This document shows positions 27,839-38,675 of a DNA stretch of 64,000 nucleotides, in pieces (the first letter of the stretch is position 1; each line of letters begins with the position of its first letter). The stretch is from the sequence record MK774614.2. One strand, given 5' to 3'. Below the pieces are notes generated by a model. It did no database searches. It had not been told where the DNA came from and was given only the letters and a program-made list of their open reading frames with translations. The translations under genes and the position numbers were made by a program.

Positions 27839-28512
27839 CCATGGTTAAACAAGAGCTTATCAAAACACTTGAAAAGATTCGGATGGCCCAAGCGGTTCAA
27901 AATAAGTTCCGTGAATACTATACCGACTTTACCAGTGAACCCCGTTGTAAAAAAGGGTGTTTGGAATTTCTAAACTCATTGCAAGATTACAGCAGTACCG
28001 CCAAACCCCATTTGTTTGAACGGGAGCGTCGTGAAATTGCAATTGGGTTCACAGCAACCAAATCTGAACACAACTCCTCCCGCATTCGTCGGATGATGGC
28101 TCAGTCTTCACTGTCTTCTGATAACGCGGTGTTTCTTACCCAGACTCGGGCCCGTTTGTTAGTCCAAGTAGGTGAGTATATCACCTGGATTCATGAAGAG
28201 TTGGAGAAAGGGAGTCTTCGGGATGCAAAGGAGCGGCAAGTTTACCTGCGCCGCGCCATTGGACGTCTTGCTTCTGTCCTTCAAACTGAACTGGTTGTTC
28301 CGGTAACGAAAGATCAGTGGTGTAACGTACAAGTAGGGACTCATTTTGATTACCTCAATCGCTCTCTTCCTGAACTGGTTAATACGTTCAGTTATCCGGA
28401 AGGAGACATGTACGGGAGTGTCTGGTATGACTGGTGGAATTTGGATAGACCTAATACGTTAGATTCTATTGCCAGTTATCTGGACTATCTGGACAGTTTC
28501 TTGGTGTATTAA
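27835..28512 (+). CDS. Hypothetical protein, probably virion-associated
   Basis: 225-aa ORF overlapping previous stop (GTGA). Confidence 0.7.
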   Translation: MTMVKQELIKTLEKIRMAQAVQNKFREYYTDFTSEPRCKKGCLEFLNSLQDYSSTAKPHLFERERREIAIGFTATKSEHNSSRIRRMMAQSSLSSDNAVFLTQTRARLLVQVGEYITWIHEELEKGSLRDAKERQVYLRRAIGRLASVLQTELVVPVTKDQWCNVQVGTHFDYLNRSLPELVNTFSYPEGDMYGSVWYDWWNLDRPNTLDSIASYLDYLDSFLVY

Positions 28513-28522
28513 ACATAATAAC

Positions 28523-28555
28523 CCTACCCTTACTCCTGATGGGAGTAAGGGTAGG
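28523..28555. terminator. 14-bp-stem hairpin between convergent genes
   Basis: CCTACCCTTACTCC-TGATG-GGAGTAAGGGTAGG. Confidence 0.7.
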
Positions 28556-28570
28556 AATTAACACATTTTT

Positions 28571-31489
28571 TTAACTTCTTGGCAAATGGGCCCTAAAGGT
28601 AATCTCAATATCCTCTTTAATCGTCAAGAGTCGATCGGATGTTTGATCAAGTACTTTACGAATAGAGAACCCGTTTGTTTCATCAATGTTTGTGATGACA
28701 TCAACTTCGTCAATACCGGCCATTGCAGTGATCTTAATGGAGATCGTATCTGCGGAACGTAATTGATTAGTGAGTTCACTTACAGAGAACGTTTCACGTT
28801 TAAGTTGCTCGTTAGCCAACTTGTGTGTGTTATCTTTAAGCGACTTCTTCAGGTCTTCATCATTCATTCCTTCTGCACTTAAATAGTAAGTGACAGCCAG
28901 ACGAATATCGGTACGAATGGTTTTATTGATCGCCTCGTTCATGATGACCTGAGTAAAGCCCATGGTGGAGCGTGGCTTAAACATGATCGTGGTTTCATCC
29001 AAGGTCCGTTTATTAAACGCTTCAATTTCGCCATTGACTTGATCGGCAAAGAAGTCTTCAACCAAACCCACATACGTCGCATCGTAATCGTCTTCACTGA
29101 GCAGGTAGTTAAAATCAAACCCAATAAAGTCCCAATGGTATTTCAGTTCACGGGGTTTAAGCAAGACCGGTTCATTGTTCTCATCATACACCGTCGTTCC
29201 CGCCAAATGCTTCCAGCGAGGACTACCGTCACTGTTAAGTACCGCTTCACCAACTCGATGTTCAAGCACCGCTTTTCCATCTACGATCACTAACCGTCCA
29301 TTTTCGTACAAGAAGACATCTTCCGTATAAACTTCCGGAACGTTTTGCTCGTACTTCTGGTATTGTGCTTCACCCACCATTGGACGAATGCGGGTATAAA
29401 GTGCATCGAGGATTTGGCCAAACGAGACTTTGTACTCTGTTTCGATGATCGCAATATTGACGGTGCTAAACAAAGATTGATCAATTTTAAAATCGGAAAC
29501 AGAACGTAAAGTAAGTCCTTCAGTGCCATAGGTGAAAATAAAGTTGGCTGTTTCTTCAAGTTTGACTCTGACCTGATCTTGAGGACGTCCAAACTGATTA
29601 AACCCTTTCAGGTCCAAAGAGTCCAGTGCATCAATATCAAAGTTAGAGCCCAGTTTAAACTCAAAGATCCGCTCTTTATCTTCGGTTTTACCAAGCAACG
29701 TTCCCTTCATCACAGCAGGAGAGTTAGACCCTTCCACCTTAAAGCTAAGCTGAATCCCCACACTTGCATCCGGGAGTTCTTTATAACTGTCACTGGACTT
29801 GGTCTTAACTTGGATCACATATCCTGTTTTATCAGAGACTACATTAATCCCACCAATTCCTGTTTGAAGACCCAGATTGGCATTTTCATACTTAAAGGTT
29901 TGGTATTGGATGGTTGGTTTACTAACCCGGTAACAGCGCACTTCTGCCCGATCATTCGTGACATCAATCACGTACATAAATGGCAGATAGACCATAGACC
30001 GATTACCCATGGTATCAATCTTAATTTGATTCCCTGCCGCCTTTAACGCTTCGATCTCATAAAGCGGAACCAACCGTGGCGTTTGTTCGGTGATGTCATA
30101 AACCGCACCACGCAACAGGGTGACACGTTTACCATTATCAATCGCGTTACCGGAATTGACCAACTCATCAATTGATGTGAGGGTACTTCCGGTATAAGTC
30201 CCAATAGAACTATTAAACCGTGCTACAGATTCGTCTTCAAACAACTTATCTTCTTGTGTGGGAAGATCTTTGGTTGTTCGATACAAACGCCGAGTAACAG
30301 CATCCACTGATTTAGCGGTATCGTATCCAGCACGACTTAATGTTTGAATCAGATCGGTGTTACTGATAGGAACCTGTCTGCGACGATACCCGTAAATGAC
30401 CATGTTCTTGATTTCATCAAAGGGTGTTCCGTTTTTCCCACCGGTGATCGGGGTAATCGATTCTAAATAAACTTCGTTCGCATTACGAAGCATCTCAGAG
30501 TAAGGACCGAGCTTACCTTTCTCATTTCGATAATCGTAATACCCAACCGTGTGTTCTTGACCTTTTAATGTGGACAGGTCTTGATACATTTCCCCACGGG
30601 TCGTGTACGTCAAAATGGTCAGCCGTCCTAATGCAGTTTGATTTTGCAAATAAACGGTTGGGATACTCGCGACAAAGTTATTGTCATCGACCATGTCAAT
30701 GGTCAGTGTGGGTTGGTTTGGATCGAATGTGTCATTGTTAAAGACAATGGCCAGTTCACTGCGAGTGTTAGTGCCATCTGGAGTGATGAACGCTCGAACA
30801 GCAAAAAGTTTATCTGGGAACGTGATAGACTCCCTGAACCCAGACGAAATGTTGACAGGCCGACTTGGGTATTCAGTGACTTCCAACTGTCTAACAGGAA
30901 GGTGAATCGCTAACCAGTCAGTTCCGTTGTTCTTGATGATCTCTCGCTCAGGGGAGTTATCGGTCAACGGTTTTAACGGATTGTAATACGTGCTGTCATA
31001 AACAACCTGGATCCCACCGTGGTCCATAATGCGAATTTCAACAGGGTTCTCCAATAGGAAAGGAATCCCAGCCACATTAAATTGGGCATCAGCAGGAAGA
31101 ACAATTTTCTTATACGTATTGATCAGCGTGCCATCTTGTTCGGTGTACGTTTTTGCAATGCGTTTAAGTGTTTCCACACCAATGATCCAACGCACTGTTT
31201 CACCAGAGGGCTCTGAAAAGACACCCAACCAGTCTTCATCGCTCATGACTTTCGCAAGGTCTTGAAGATTACGTGCATGAACAGGATAGGTCTTTGCGGT
31301 AGCGTCTCCTAACCGGCTTATAAACCCGTAGTTGGTCCCCACAATCAGATCAGTGATGTATGCAAAGGGATGTCCTTTTGCATTAAGTGATCCACCCCCA
31401 GCACCAATTGCTGTTTCGATATCATTGTAAATCGTTGCAATAATCCGACTCGGGTTATTAGCATAACGTTCTAGATCATTAAAATCCAT
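28571..31489 (-). CDS. Large virion structural protein, probable baseplate wedge (phiKZ gp87-like)
   Basis: 972 aa; YPVHARNLQDLAKVMSDEDWLGVFSEPS resembles this family; synteny. Confidence 0.65.
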   Translation of the reverse strand: MDFNDLERYANNPSRIIATIYNDIETAIGAGGGSLNAKGHPFAYITDLIVGTNYGFISRLGDATAKTYPVHARNLQDLAKVMSDEDWLGVFSEPSGETVRWIIGVETLKRIAKTYTEQDGTLINTYKKIVLPADAQFNVAGIPFLLENPVEIRIMDHGGIQVVYDSTYYNPLKPLTDNSPEREIIKNNGTDWLAIHLPVRQLEVTEYPSRPVNISSGFRESITFPDKLFAVRAFITPDGTNTRSELAIVFNNDTFDPNQPTLTIDMVDDNNFVASIPTVYLQNQTALGRLTILTYTTRGEMYQDLSTLKGQEHTVGYYDYRNEKGKLGPYSEMLRNANEVYLESITPITGGKNGTPFDEIKNMVIYGYRRRQVPISNTDLIQTLSRAGYDTAKSVDAVTRRLYRTTKDLPTQEDKLFEDESVARFNSSIGTYTGSTLTSIDELVNSGNAIDNGKRVTLLRGAVYDITEQTPRLVPLYEIEALKAAGNQIKIDTMGNRSMVYLPFMYVIDVTNDRAEVRCYRVSKPTIQYQTFKYENANLGLQTGIGGINVVSDKTGYVIQVKTKSSDSYKELPDASVGIQLSFKVEGSNSPAVMKGTLLGKTEDKERIFEFKLGSNFDIDALDSLDLKGFNQFGRPQDQVRVKLEETANFIFTYGTEGLTLRSVSDFKIDQSLFSTVNIAIIETEYKVSFGQILDALYTRIRPMVGEAQYQKYEQNVPEVYTEDVFLYENGRLVIVDGKAVLEHRVGEAVLNSDGSPRWKHLAGTTVYDENNEPVLLKPRELKYHWDFIGFDFNYLLSEDDYDATYVGLVEDFFADQVNGEIEAFNKRTLDETTIMFKPRSTMGFTQVIMNEAINKTIRTDIRLAVTYYLSAEGMNDEDLKKSLKDNTHKLANEQLKRETFSVSELTNQLRSADTISIKITAMAGIDEVDVITNIDETNGFSIRKVLDQTSDRLLTIKEDIEITFRAHLPRS

Positions 31490-31526
31490 GATTACCTCAA
31501 ATGTGCTTATAGATTAACTGTACTTA

Positions 31527-32606
31527 TTATCGGCTAAGCTCCACCCACCACGTAAGCTTGATCCCGTATCGACCCACGCCGTTGGGATTACGACGGTCAT
31601 CCTGCATCGGAAGTAAGAGCGGATAAGCACCATAACCGTACTCTTCGTACTCGCTGGTTTTAAGCATTCGATAATAACTTAATCGTTTATCCGGTCGAAG
31701 ACCTGGGTTGTAACTAAAACTGTGTTCATTAAATGCCTGAATCAGTCCAAGCTCATTAAAACGCATTCCCACTGAACTAAATTGAACACTAAAGTCATCC
31801 TGACCTTCTGCACGAATTGAGTTCTGGGTGTTATCAATATTCGCTAATGCGCCGGCTTGGTAGGTATTAGGAATAGATTGAACTGTTGCAAAGATGTGTT
31901 CTAGGTACTCAGCATCTTTATTCATGATCAGGTGATAGATCCGACAATCAAAATCCACGCGATTAGAAAAGAGATAAAAATCCCGTGGAGTTAAATGCCG
32001 ATCTCCTGAGACCACTTCTGAAATGTAGTCTTGCCAAGTTTGGAATAATGCAGGAATGACCATTGGTTTTGGGTTAAAGTAAGTTTGAGACATGGTATAC
32101 ATCCCGTTCTCTTCTAACTTACTGGCAACACGTTGGTAAACCTGTTCACGAATACCTGGATCACTGCCTTGGATTTGCATTTGCAAATCACCAAATCCCG
32201 TACTGGTTTTTAAGTATCCTGTTAAACATGGGATAAAGGGGATCTTATTGTTGACAGCAACGGGTTGATTTGCTGCAGCCCAACGTTCATCCAACATCCC
32301 CCGGACATATGCCCCGATACTGTATTGACTACACCCTAACAAACTGCATAACTTCTCTGAACGACTGATATTATCGTCTGTTAAGTTCAACTGTGGGCGA
32401 GTGACGAAGCTTAATCCTATGGTGTTATCTGAGAGCGGCATCATTGCCGGTCCCGTACCCAGTATCCTAAATCCCCGCAACGAGTTTATTAATGGCGACG
32501 TGTACCCTGGTGAACCTTGACTTCGCAGGGCTGTGTCAAATCGCTCTTTTCTGTTATCTAGGGTCTCCCCCGTATAGTTTGTAAAGTTTAGTTCTTGCTC
32601 TTCCAT
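31527..32606 (-). CDS. Virion structural protein, probably tail/baseplate (phiKZ gp88-like)
   Basis: FVTRPQLNLTDDNI motif; synteny. Confidence 0.6.
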   Translation of the reverse strand: MEEQELNFTNYTGETLDNRKERFDTALRSQGSPGYTSPLINSLRGFRILGTGPAMMPLSDNTIGLSFVTRPQLNLTDDNISRSEKLCSLLGCSQYSIGAYVRGMLDERWAAANQPVAVNNKIPFIPCLTGYLKTSTGFGDLQMQIQGSDPGIREQVYQRVASKLEENGMYTMSQTYFNPKPMVIPALFQTWQDYISEVVSGDRHLTPRDFYLFSNRVDFDCRIYHLIMNKDAEYLEHIFATVQSIPNTYQAGALANIDNTQNSIRAEGQDDFSVQFSSVGMRFNELGLIQAFNEHSFSYNPGLRPDKRLSYYRMLKTSEYEEYGYGAYPLLLPMQDDRRNPNGVGRYGIKLTWWVELSR

Positions 32607-32629
32607 ATATTTACCTTAAGGAGTCAAAG

Positions 32630-33715
32630 ATGTTGTCGATTATTAACTTCGGCGCCTTTCTCGTTCAGCTGGCCAAAGTGGCTGGCAAAGGCGGGGATGT
32701 CGTCAATGCTGCTGAAAAAGCAGTGGGAGTAGCTGGTAAAGCATACAATGCGTTTAACACAAGTTCTCTTTCTCAGAGTGCTGGGAAAGTCACCATTGCC
32801 CCTATGGTTGCCGTTGAGCGTGATCTGATCCACATGGATTACATGCAAGATCTCATGACCGTGGTGATGTTGCGTGACATTCGTGATGCTCTTACTCATA
32901 TTGCAATGCAAGGCGAAGTAGAAGGGATCAAAATCAGTTCGCTGGTTGATTCACTTCAACCTCGTCGGACTGGGGGCTTCCTCTCTTTGCAAGGTGTTGA
33001 ATCCTTAGCGCAAAGTCAACTGATCTCTGGCAATGAAGCAGCTCCTCAAGGGAAAGGTGCAAACTTTGGTAGCAAAGATGTGGTTGATCTGACCTCTAAT
33101 GCTGCACTGGCTGTTGGGCGCACTGTGATGGCACAAACACAGCTGGGTGGAACGTCAGTTACCTTCCCGCTTAACTTTAAAGAAATTCCAGTGCCGTTAT
33201 CGTCAAACGATCTTAAAGCTATCTTCGAAGCGGCCCGCCCGCAGGAAGGGTGGTTTGGTCGGGTTATGATGAAAAACGCCAATGAGATCACTCGCCCTGA
33301 GTTCCTCACCGGCACGGATATTATCAAACGTGAATTTAATATCCGCACCAATGACATGTCCGGTTATTACCAAGAAGCGATGGATCGTCAAAGTAAGAAC
33401 CGTTCTGCTGCGTTGGCAACAGGAACAATGTCCATGAACACCATGGCCAACACCATTATCATGTCTTCTGAAACTGCTCGTCAGATCGAAGCTGAAAATG
33501 GGTTCCGGTTTAATAAAGGTGGTATTGATCGGATTCGTAAAGCAGTCCTGGCTAACACCATTGTCATTGTCAATGACGGTGAAGGTCTGTTTACATTCTG
33601 GAACGCAGGTTCCAACATGCCAGAAGAGTATACCTTGCGCAACATCACTGCGACTGCCAAGAAAGATACTTCTCTGGATCTTCAATCTCTCATGAAACTG
33701 TTTGGTGGTCGTTAA
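32630..33715 (+). CDS. Head protein (phiKZ gp89-like position)
   Basis: QGVES and SGNEA motifs; AAGGAG RBS; first gene of the head operon. Confidence 0.65.
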   Translation: MLSIINFGAFLVQLAKVAGKGGDVVNAAEKAVGVAGKAYNAFNTSSLSQSAGKVTIAPMVAVERDLIHMDYMQDLMTVVMLRDIRDALTHIAMQGEVEGIKISSLVDSLQPRRTGGFLSLQGVESLAQSQLISGNEAAPQGKGANFGSKDVVDLTSNAALAVGRTVMAQTQLGGTSVTFPLNFKEIPVPLSSNDLKAIFEAARPQEGWFGRVMMKNANEITRPEFLTGTDIIKREFNIRTNDMSGYYQEAMDRQSKNRSAALATGTMSMNTMANTIIMSSETARQIEAENGFRFNKGGIDRIRKAVLANTIVIVNDGEGLFTFWNAGSNMPEEYTLRNITATAKKDTSLDLQSLMKLFGGR

Positions 33716-33717
33716 TC

Positions 33718-34593
33718 ATGATTCACATTAAAGACACTAAAAAAGCAGAGGTGATTCTGGTTCTTGATCGTGAACAGAATTTCCTCACTGGTTTAAAAGA
33801 TAACCTGGTTATTCTAAACGGTGTTCAGGGGGATGCTCATGCCGACATCGCTCAGTTCATTCGTCAAAACGCCACACTAAAATCCATTGATACCCAGATT
33901 AAGAAAGGACTCAATATCCAGTCTGATTTGCTCAAGGTGGTGTATTATGCCATCGAGAACGTGGAGCTGTGGCTGGGTCGTCTTCGTGAACAGATCAGTA
34001 AATCTTCTACGCAAACTTATGACGTTAATACCGTGACGTTTAAAGAACGTGGTATTTTGGATGCTATCTCGGCTGTTAACTTCTTTAACCGCTATACAAC
34101 CATGCTGGTTGACGTCCTGACCACCCACGCGTACGATAAGGCAGATCTGGCCAAGATCGTCTCTAAAGTCGATCTGGAGTTCTTTAATAACACCAGCGCG
34201 TATTATGCTTCGTTGGTTATCCGTTTTAACCAGCCGGTAAAGGAACTCTCCAAGATCATTGATCAGCTTTCTGATGAAGTTGCAGATGAGCTGTCTGAAG
34301 ACATTCTCAAAGGTGCAGAAGGTGAAGGTGCCGTTTCTATTCGACGCGGTCTTTCTCCCCATCAACTTAACCCGGTACACTGGTATCTGGTTTGGGCGAT
34401 GAAGAAAGATGTTCAAGCCATTAAAAACGGTCAAGCGCAAATTGACCTACTGGCGATGAAAATTGCCCGTCTGAACAACAAGGCATCTGGTGTTGAAGAT
34501 CCTACCTTGGATCACCAGATCGAAGTATACAGCGATGAGATCGTTAAGATCAAAGCGCGCATTCGCAGCACATTGGAGAAATACAATGGCTAA
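33718..34593 (+). CDS. Head/inner-body protein (phiKZ gp90-like position)
   Basis: 291-aa helical ORF; synteny. Confidence 0.6.
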   Translation: MIHIKDTKKAEVILVLDREQNFLTGLKDNLVILNGVQGDAHADIAQFIRQNATLKSIDTQIKKGLNIQSDLLKVVYYAIENVELWLGRLREQISKSSTQTYDVNTVTFKERGILDAISAVNFFNRYTTMLVDVLTTHAYDKADLAKIVSKVDLEFFNNTSAYYASLVIRFNQPVKELSKIIDQLSDEVADELSEDILKGAEGEGAVSIRRGLSPHQLNPVHWYLVWAMKKDVQAIKNGQAQIDLLAMKIARLNNKASGVEDPTLDHQIEVYSDEIVKIKARIRSTLEKYNG

Positions 34594-35110
34594 AGACTTT
34601 CGTCATGCACGTTTCGGTCTGGTTCCTATTGAACTAACCGATGCTCGGATGGAAGGGAATGAACAGATTCTGAAAAGCTTTCTGAAGACGTTTAACACGT
34701 TCTCCCTTTTGTCCAATGCAGATAGTCATGCGGAAGTCTTCAGTATCGCCAAAGAGTATATTGGTGATGATTTCCGTAATTGGTGTTATGTCAACTTTCG
34801 AATGGGTTCTGGTGCTCGTAAAGAACTGGTTCGCAAAATGGTTGGGTACATCAACGGGACTATCTCGTTTAAATCCATCAATGGTCAATTGCGCCAAGAT
34901 TTCAATAAACTGAACATTGCTCGTCCCGGGACACAAATTCAAGTTCCCATCATTTACGATGAGTACGACCCAAGACGTGATCAGTTTAAAGTAGAGGGAG
35001 TTGATTTTTCGAACATCGAAGATCGTCATCTCTACGACATCCTAGCCGCAATGGGACCAGAGCTCACAGCAAAGTTCCTACTCAGTTTGGATGGGGTGTA
35101 TTATGAGTGA
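34586..35110 (+). CDS. Putative head protein
   Basis: ATG 34586 after GGAG, overlapping previous stop. Confidence 0.65.
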   Translation: MAKDFRHARFGLVPIELTDARMEGNEQILKSFLKTFNTFSLLSNADSHAEVFSIAKEYIGDDFRNWCYVNFRMGSGARKELVRKMVGYINGTISFKSINGQLRQDFNKLNIARPGTQIQVPIIYDEYDPRRDQFKVEGVDFSNIEDRHLYDILAAMGPELTAKFLLSLDGVYYE

Positions 35111-36371
35111 TGCCCTGATTCGTGATTTGAAAATGGCTGAAGTGAGTTTGGCTAAAGTTCCTAACGTTACAGAACTTCAGGCCGAAGCACGTAAAGCGCT
35201 GACCGATATCCGAACTGCAGTGGAAGTCAAAGAGCAAGTTGAGAAATCACTGCAGTTCATTGACAGCAAAGCGGATCATGAAATTACCCCTCAGGATGCT
35301 GAAGAAATTGATAAGGTGATCAATGACTTTGGTGGGTTGAAAATCCGACCGGGCGGTATTTTACAAGTTACTGGCAATGAAAGCTTTGGTTTGGACATTA
35401 CACCTGCTGATTGGCGAGCATCTCGCCGTGCTGGTCTTGAATCCATTTTGGATGAAACTTACCGAGACATCAAACGCTGGGCGAACAATCTTCAAGATAC
35501 CTTCTCTCGTCGTTGGACTGAATTGACCACATCACTTCAGATTCTGGAGAACCGTATTGAGAATTTGGAAGCGGCCATGGATAGTGCAGATGTGCTCCGA
35601 CCGGGAAGTGAGAAAGTTCACTATAACCCGATCTTGGTAAAAACACTCTCCAAGCCTAATGTCAAATTTGATAATAACTTCCCAGACGAGATCCCCAAAG
35701 AACTGAAATACTTCTCCACCATCATGAAGTTGTATGAAATGGAGATCGCTCGGTTTAAAGCCACGATCTTTAAGTTCTTCGGGACACCCAAACTGGATGA
35801 TGTACGGTTGGTGAAACTGGACATGCTCAAGATCTTAACCGATCGGGTAAAAGAGCAACCTCAAGCGGATGTCTATCAGTATCAACAATCTAAGCCACTC
35901 TTGGGTGATCGGGTTATTATCGGTAAAACACTTTCCCCTAAATGGATTAAAGAGAACTGGAAGTCGGTTGACGATAATGAAGCGTATGTTGTTGCGCTGG
36001 CCGAATCCAGTTTCTCTGTATCGGCAGAGAGTAAAAATACCGAATCTGCAGTGACCTTGGATACCTTGTCGTTAACCCAAATGTTTGGGTTATTGTCCAC
36101 GGCGAAAGAACTTGTTGCTTACATCAAAGAGATGAACAACATTTACAATAAGCTGGACATGGACAAGGTAATGGTGAAAGACGTGCTGGATACCTTGAAA
36201 AAGGAAACCAACGACGGTGGGATGAAAGTAGCGTTATATCAGTACATTGTTTCTGATTATCAATATCAGGTAAACAGTTTCCGTACAGAAGTCTCTGCTT
36301 ATCTCACTGTGCTCACCAGTCACATTCTCACTGCGGTTAACCTTAACCTGGAGTGTTATGATGCGCGATGA
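35103..36371 (+). CDS. Internal head protein paralog
   Basis: TGNES and AGLES motifs followed by amphipathic helix. Confidence 0.7.
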   Translation: MSDALIRDLKMAEVSLAKVPNVTELQAEARKALTDIRTAVEVKEQVEKSLQFIDSKADHEITPQDAEEIDKVINDFGGLKIRPGGILQVTGNESFGLDITPADWRASRRAGLESILDETYRDIKRWANNLQDTFSRRWTELTTSLQILENRIENLEAAMDSADVLRPGSEKVHYNPILVKTLSKPNVKFDNNFPDEIPKELKYFSTIMKLYEMEIARFKATIFKFFGTPKLDDVRLVKLDMLKILTDRVKEQPQADVYQYQQSKPLLGDRVIIGKTLSPKWIKENWKSVDDNEAYVVALAESSFSVSAESKNTESAVTLDTLSLTQMFGLLSTAKELVAYIKEMNNIYNKLDMDKVMVKDVLDTLKKETNDGGMKVALYQYIVSDYQYQVNSFRTEVSAYLTVLTSHILTAVNLNLECYDAR

Positions 36372-37329
36372 TCAGCAATCGCTGAGAGACGCTCTGAGAC
36401 CGTTAGAACAAGCTGAATTTCAGATAGGGGGATGCGAATCCCTCTTATCGGATGTTTTTTCAACGGTAAAAGAAAACGTCAAGACCGGTGTTCATTGGGT
36501 TGGGGCAAAAGCAGGCGATGGTGCGGTGAAAGCACTGCGTGGCGCGAGTAATGCACTTGCTCAGACCCTCCTAACTCGTCGAATGAAGATCTCCTTAATA
36601 GCACAAAAGCTTCGTAAAGAAGAAAATGTCATTAAGGAGTCTGGAACGTTTTCTGCCAGTTTCTTAGCCAAGTACACCTCCTCTGGATTCGGCGATGATC
36701 TTGCAGGGGATCTGAAAGTTCTGCTGGATGTATTAAAAGACATCAATAAGTTTGAACTGGATTTAGAAGCAACGTATAAAAAGGAACTCGCTCTTTTTAA
36801 AGAGATGGTCAATATTAAAAGCACCGACAGTGCGATTACATTGATTAATAAATTGGATAATCTTACTTATCCTGTTCCTGATTTTAGTGCTTCTCATGAT
36901 TCTATGTTAAAGAGTCAGGCGTTACCTGGTGGGAAATGTTTTGTATTTGACAAGCAAACTCACCTGTTCTCAATTGAGACTAAAGAGCTCTCAGCTGAGC
37001 AAACCAGTGTATCTTTTGCGAAAGAAGAACTTGTAAGCCTTTTGCGTGACATCAACGAGATTGTGGATCGTTATAAAGTCCTTTCTGCTGCACACGAAAA
37101 GTACGCCGATTATATTCGGGATTTTAATACTGTGGTAGGTAAGAGCTTTGTCCACCTAGAGACCTTAAAGGGGTCTGTGAGTTTCAATCTTATTCGAGAT
37201 CTGGAATCTCGGCTACGTGGCAATCCTTCGGTATTTAGCTTCTATACAGGTTTCTTACCTAAGTTCACACTCTACCTTGATGATTATGTGGATGGCTTAA
37301 CAACCTTCCTGAGTAAACAACTTAATTAA
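36358..37329 (+). CDS. Internal head protein paralog
   Basis: GGCES motif near the N-terminus; QALPGGKCF resembles PLLGDR/VLPGNR segments of neighbours. Confidence 0.7.
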   Translation: MMRDDQQSLRDALRPLEQAEFQIGGCESLLSDVFSTVKENVKTGVHWVGAKAGDGAVKALRGASNALAQTLLTRRMKISLIAQKLRKEENVIKESGTFSASFLAKYTSSGFGDDLAGDLKVLLDVLKDINKFELDLEATYKKELALFKEMVNIKSTDSAITLINKLDNLTYPVPDFSASHDSMLKSQALPGGKCFVFDKQTHLFSIETKELSAEQTSVSFAKEELVSLLRDINEIVDRYKVLSAAHEKYADYIRDFNTVVGKSFVHLETLKGSVSFNLIRDLESRLRGNPSVFSFYTGFLPKFTLYLDDYVDGLTTFLSKQLN

Positions 37330-37387
37330 ATTGTTTTGTTTCGTTTTTTCTGTTTTCAATTGACAAACTTTAAGTAAAGGATATCCC

Positions 37388-38551
37388 ATGTACGATAACA
37401 TTTTCGCCGCTGTAACTGGTGCTGAATCCGCTGATCTGGACGCTCAAGTTGAAGTTACCGCAGAAGCCGTTGCTGAAGCCGTGGTTGACAAAGAGCTGGC
37501 TGAAGTCGAAGTCGAGCTGGTTGAACACGAGAAAGACATCGAAGAAGCCGAGCACGCGATCGAAGTGCTGGAAGAGAAAGTAGAAGAGCTGCAAGAAGAA
37601 GTAGGCGGCATGGAATCTATGCTCTCTGGCGCTACCGAATTCAACGCTGCTCTGTTCCATGACAAGTTCCGTCGTGCTTCCAAGATCGCTGCGCGTTTCG
37701 GCGCCAACGTAGAGATCCAAGGTGCTGAAAGCTTTGCCGATGCTTCTACCGCTTCCATGAACTCTCTGGCCGGCATCGAAAGCTTCAAAGAGCGTGCTGG
37801 TAAAGCCAAAGAAGCGATCAAGAAGTTCTTCGTTGATCTGTACAACAGCTTCATCGCTTTCTTCCAAGGTCTGTTCAACAAGTTCAAGGGCATTGAGCAA
37901 AAAGCCAAAACCCTGGGTAACAAGTCTGGCGATGCCAAAGAGAAGGTTAACCTTCCTGCTGCTGCTTCTTGGCTGGGCGCTAACGGTCAGATCGCTCCTG
38001 CCGGTGCTGTATCCAAAGTGGTTGCCGCTGGCGAGACCGCAGTGAAAGCTGCCGGTAAAGAAGGTGCACTGTCTGGTATCCAAGCCGGTGTGAAAGCACT
38101 GAAAGAACTGGGTACTGCTACTCAGACCTCTTCTACCGAAGACACCGAGACCTTCAAGGTTGCTGTAGGCGATGGTAGCTTCACCGTTGTTTATCCGAAG
38201 ACTGTTGCTGGTCTGGGTAAAGTCCAAGTTTCCGGTATGAACGGTGGCGAAGCCAAGAAAGATCAAGACGGTCTGAAGAAAGCCCAACTGGGTACCATCA
38301 TCAGCTCTGTTCAGACTCAGGCTAAGTCCCTGCAGTTCGCTAAGCTGGATAGCAAGGCACTGACTGCTCAGCGTGATCAGACCATCGCTACCCTGGCTCG
38401 CATGGCTGCTGAAGACAAGGCTGACGTCTCTGAAGACATCGGTGCTATCAAAGCTGCTGCTAAAGCTGCTCTGAAGCTGCAAAAAGGTGCCCTGGCTGTT
38501 GCTGGTGATCTGCTGCAAGCTCAACTGGCTTTCGTTAGCGCTCACTTCTAA
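37388..38551 (+). CDS. Abundant internal head protein paralog with acidic propeptide
   Basis: TGAES, GGMES, QGAES, AGIES motifs; E-rich N-terminus; strong codon bias. Confidence 0.8.
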   Translation: MYDNIFAAVTGAESADLDAQVEVTAEAVAEAVVDKELAEVEVELVEHEKDIEEAEHAIEVLEEKVEELQEEVGGMESMLSGATEFNAALFHDKFRRASKIAARFGANVEIQGAESFADASTASMNSLAGIESFKERAGKAKEAIKKFFVDLYNSFIAFFQGLFNKFKGIEQKAKTLGNKSGDAKEKVNLPAAASWLGANGQIAPAGAVSKVVAAGETAVKAAGKEGALSGIQAGVKALKELGTATQTSSTEDTETFKVAVGDGSFTVVYPKTVAGLGKVQVSGMNGGEAKKDQDGLKKAQLGTIISSVQTQAKSLQFAKLDSKALTAQRDQTIATLARMAAEDKADVSEDIGAIKAAAKAALKLQKGALAVAGDLLQAQLAFVSAHF

Positions 38552-38586
38552 GTAGCGTTTAGCGATCAAATAGCTAACTTAAATTG

Positions 38587-38618
38587 AGGAGAGAAGGGGC
38601 TTCGGCTCCTTCTCTCCT
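38587..38618 (+). terminator. Intrinsic terminator with cUUCGg loop
   Basis: AGGAGAGAAGGGGC-TTCG-GCTCCTTCTCTCCT followed by TT. Confidence 0.8.
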
Positions 38619-38647
38619 TTGCCGTCTTCTGTTATTTTTTATTCTGG

Positions 38648-38658
38648 AATGCTATGAC
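38648..38658 (+). promoter_or_regulatory. Putative late promoter
   Basis: AATGCTATGAC, 17 nt upstream of the next ATG. Confidence 0.5.
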
Positions 38659-38675
38659 TTCTTAAGGAGAACAGC

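Noticed and set aside
37370-38569. 399-aa antisense ORF opposite the abundant head protein
   Set aside because: Same in-register codon-bias artefact.
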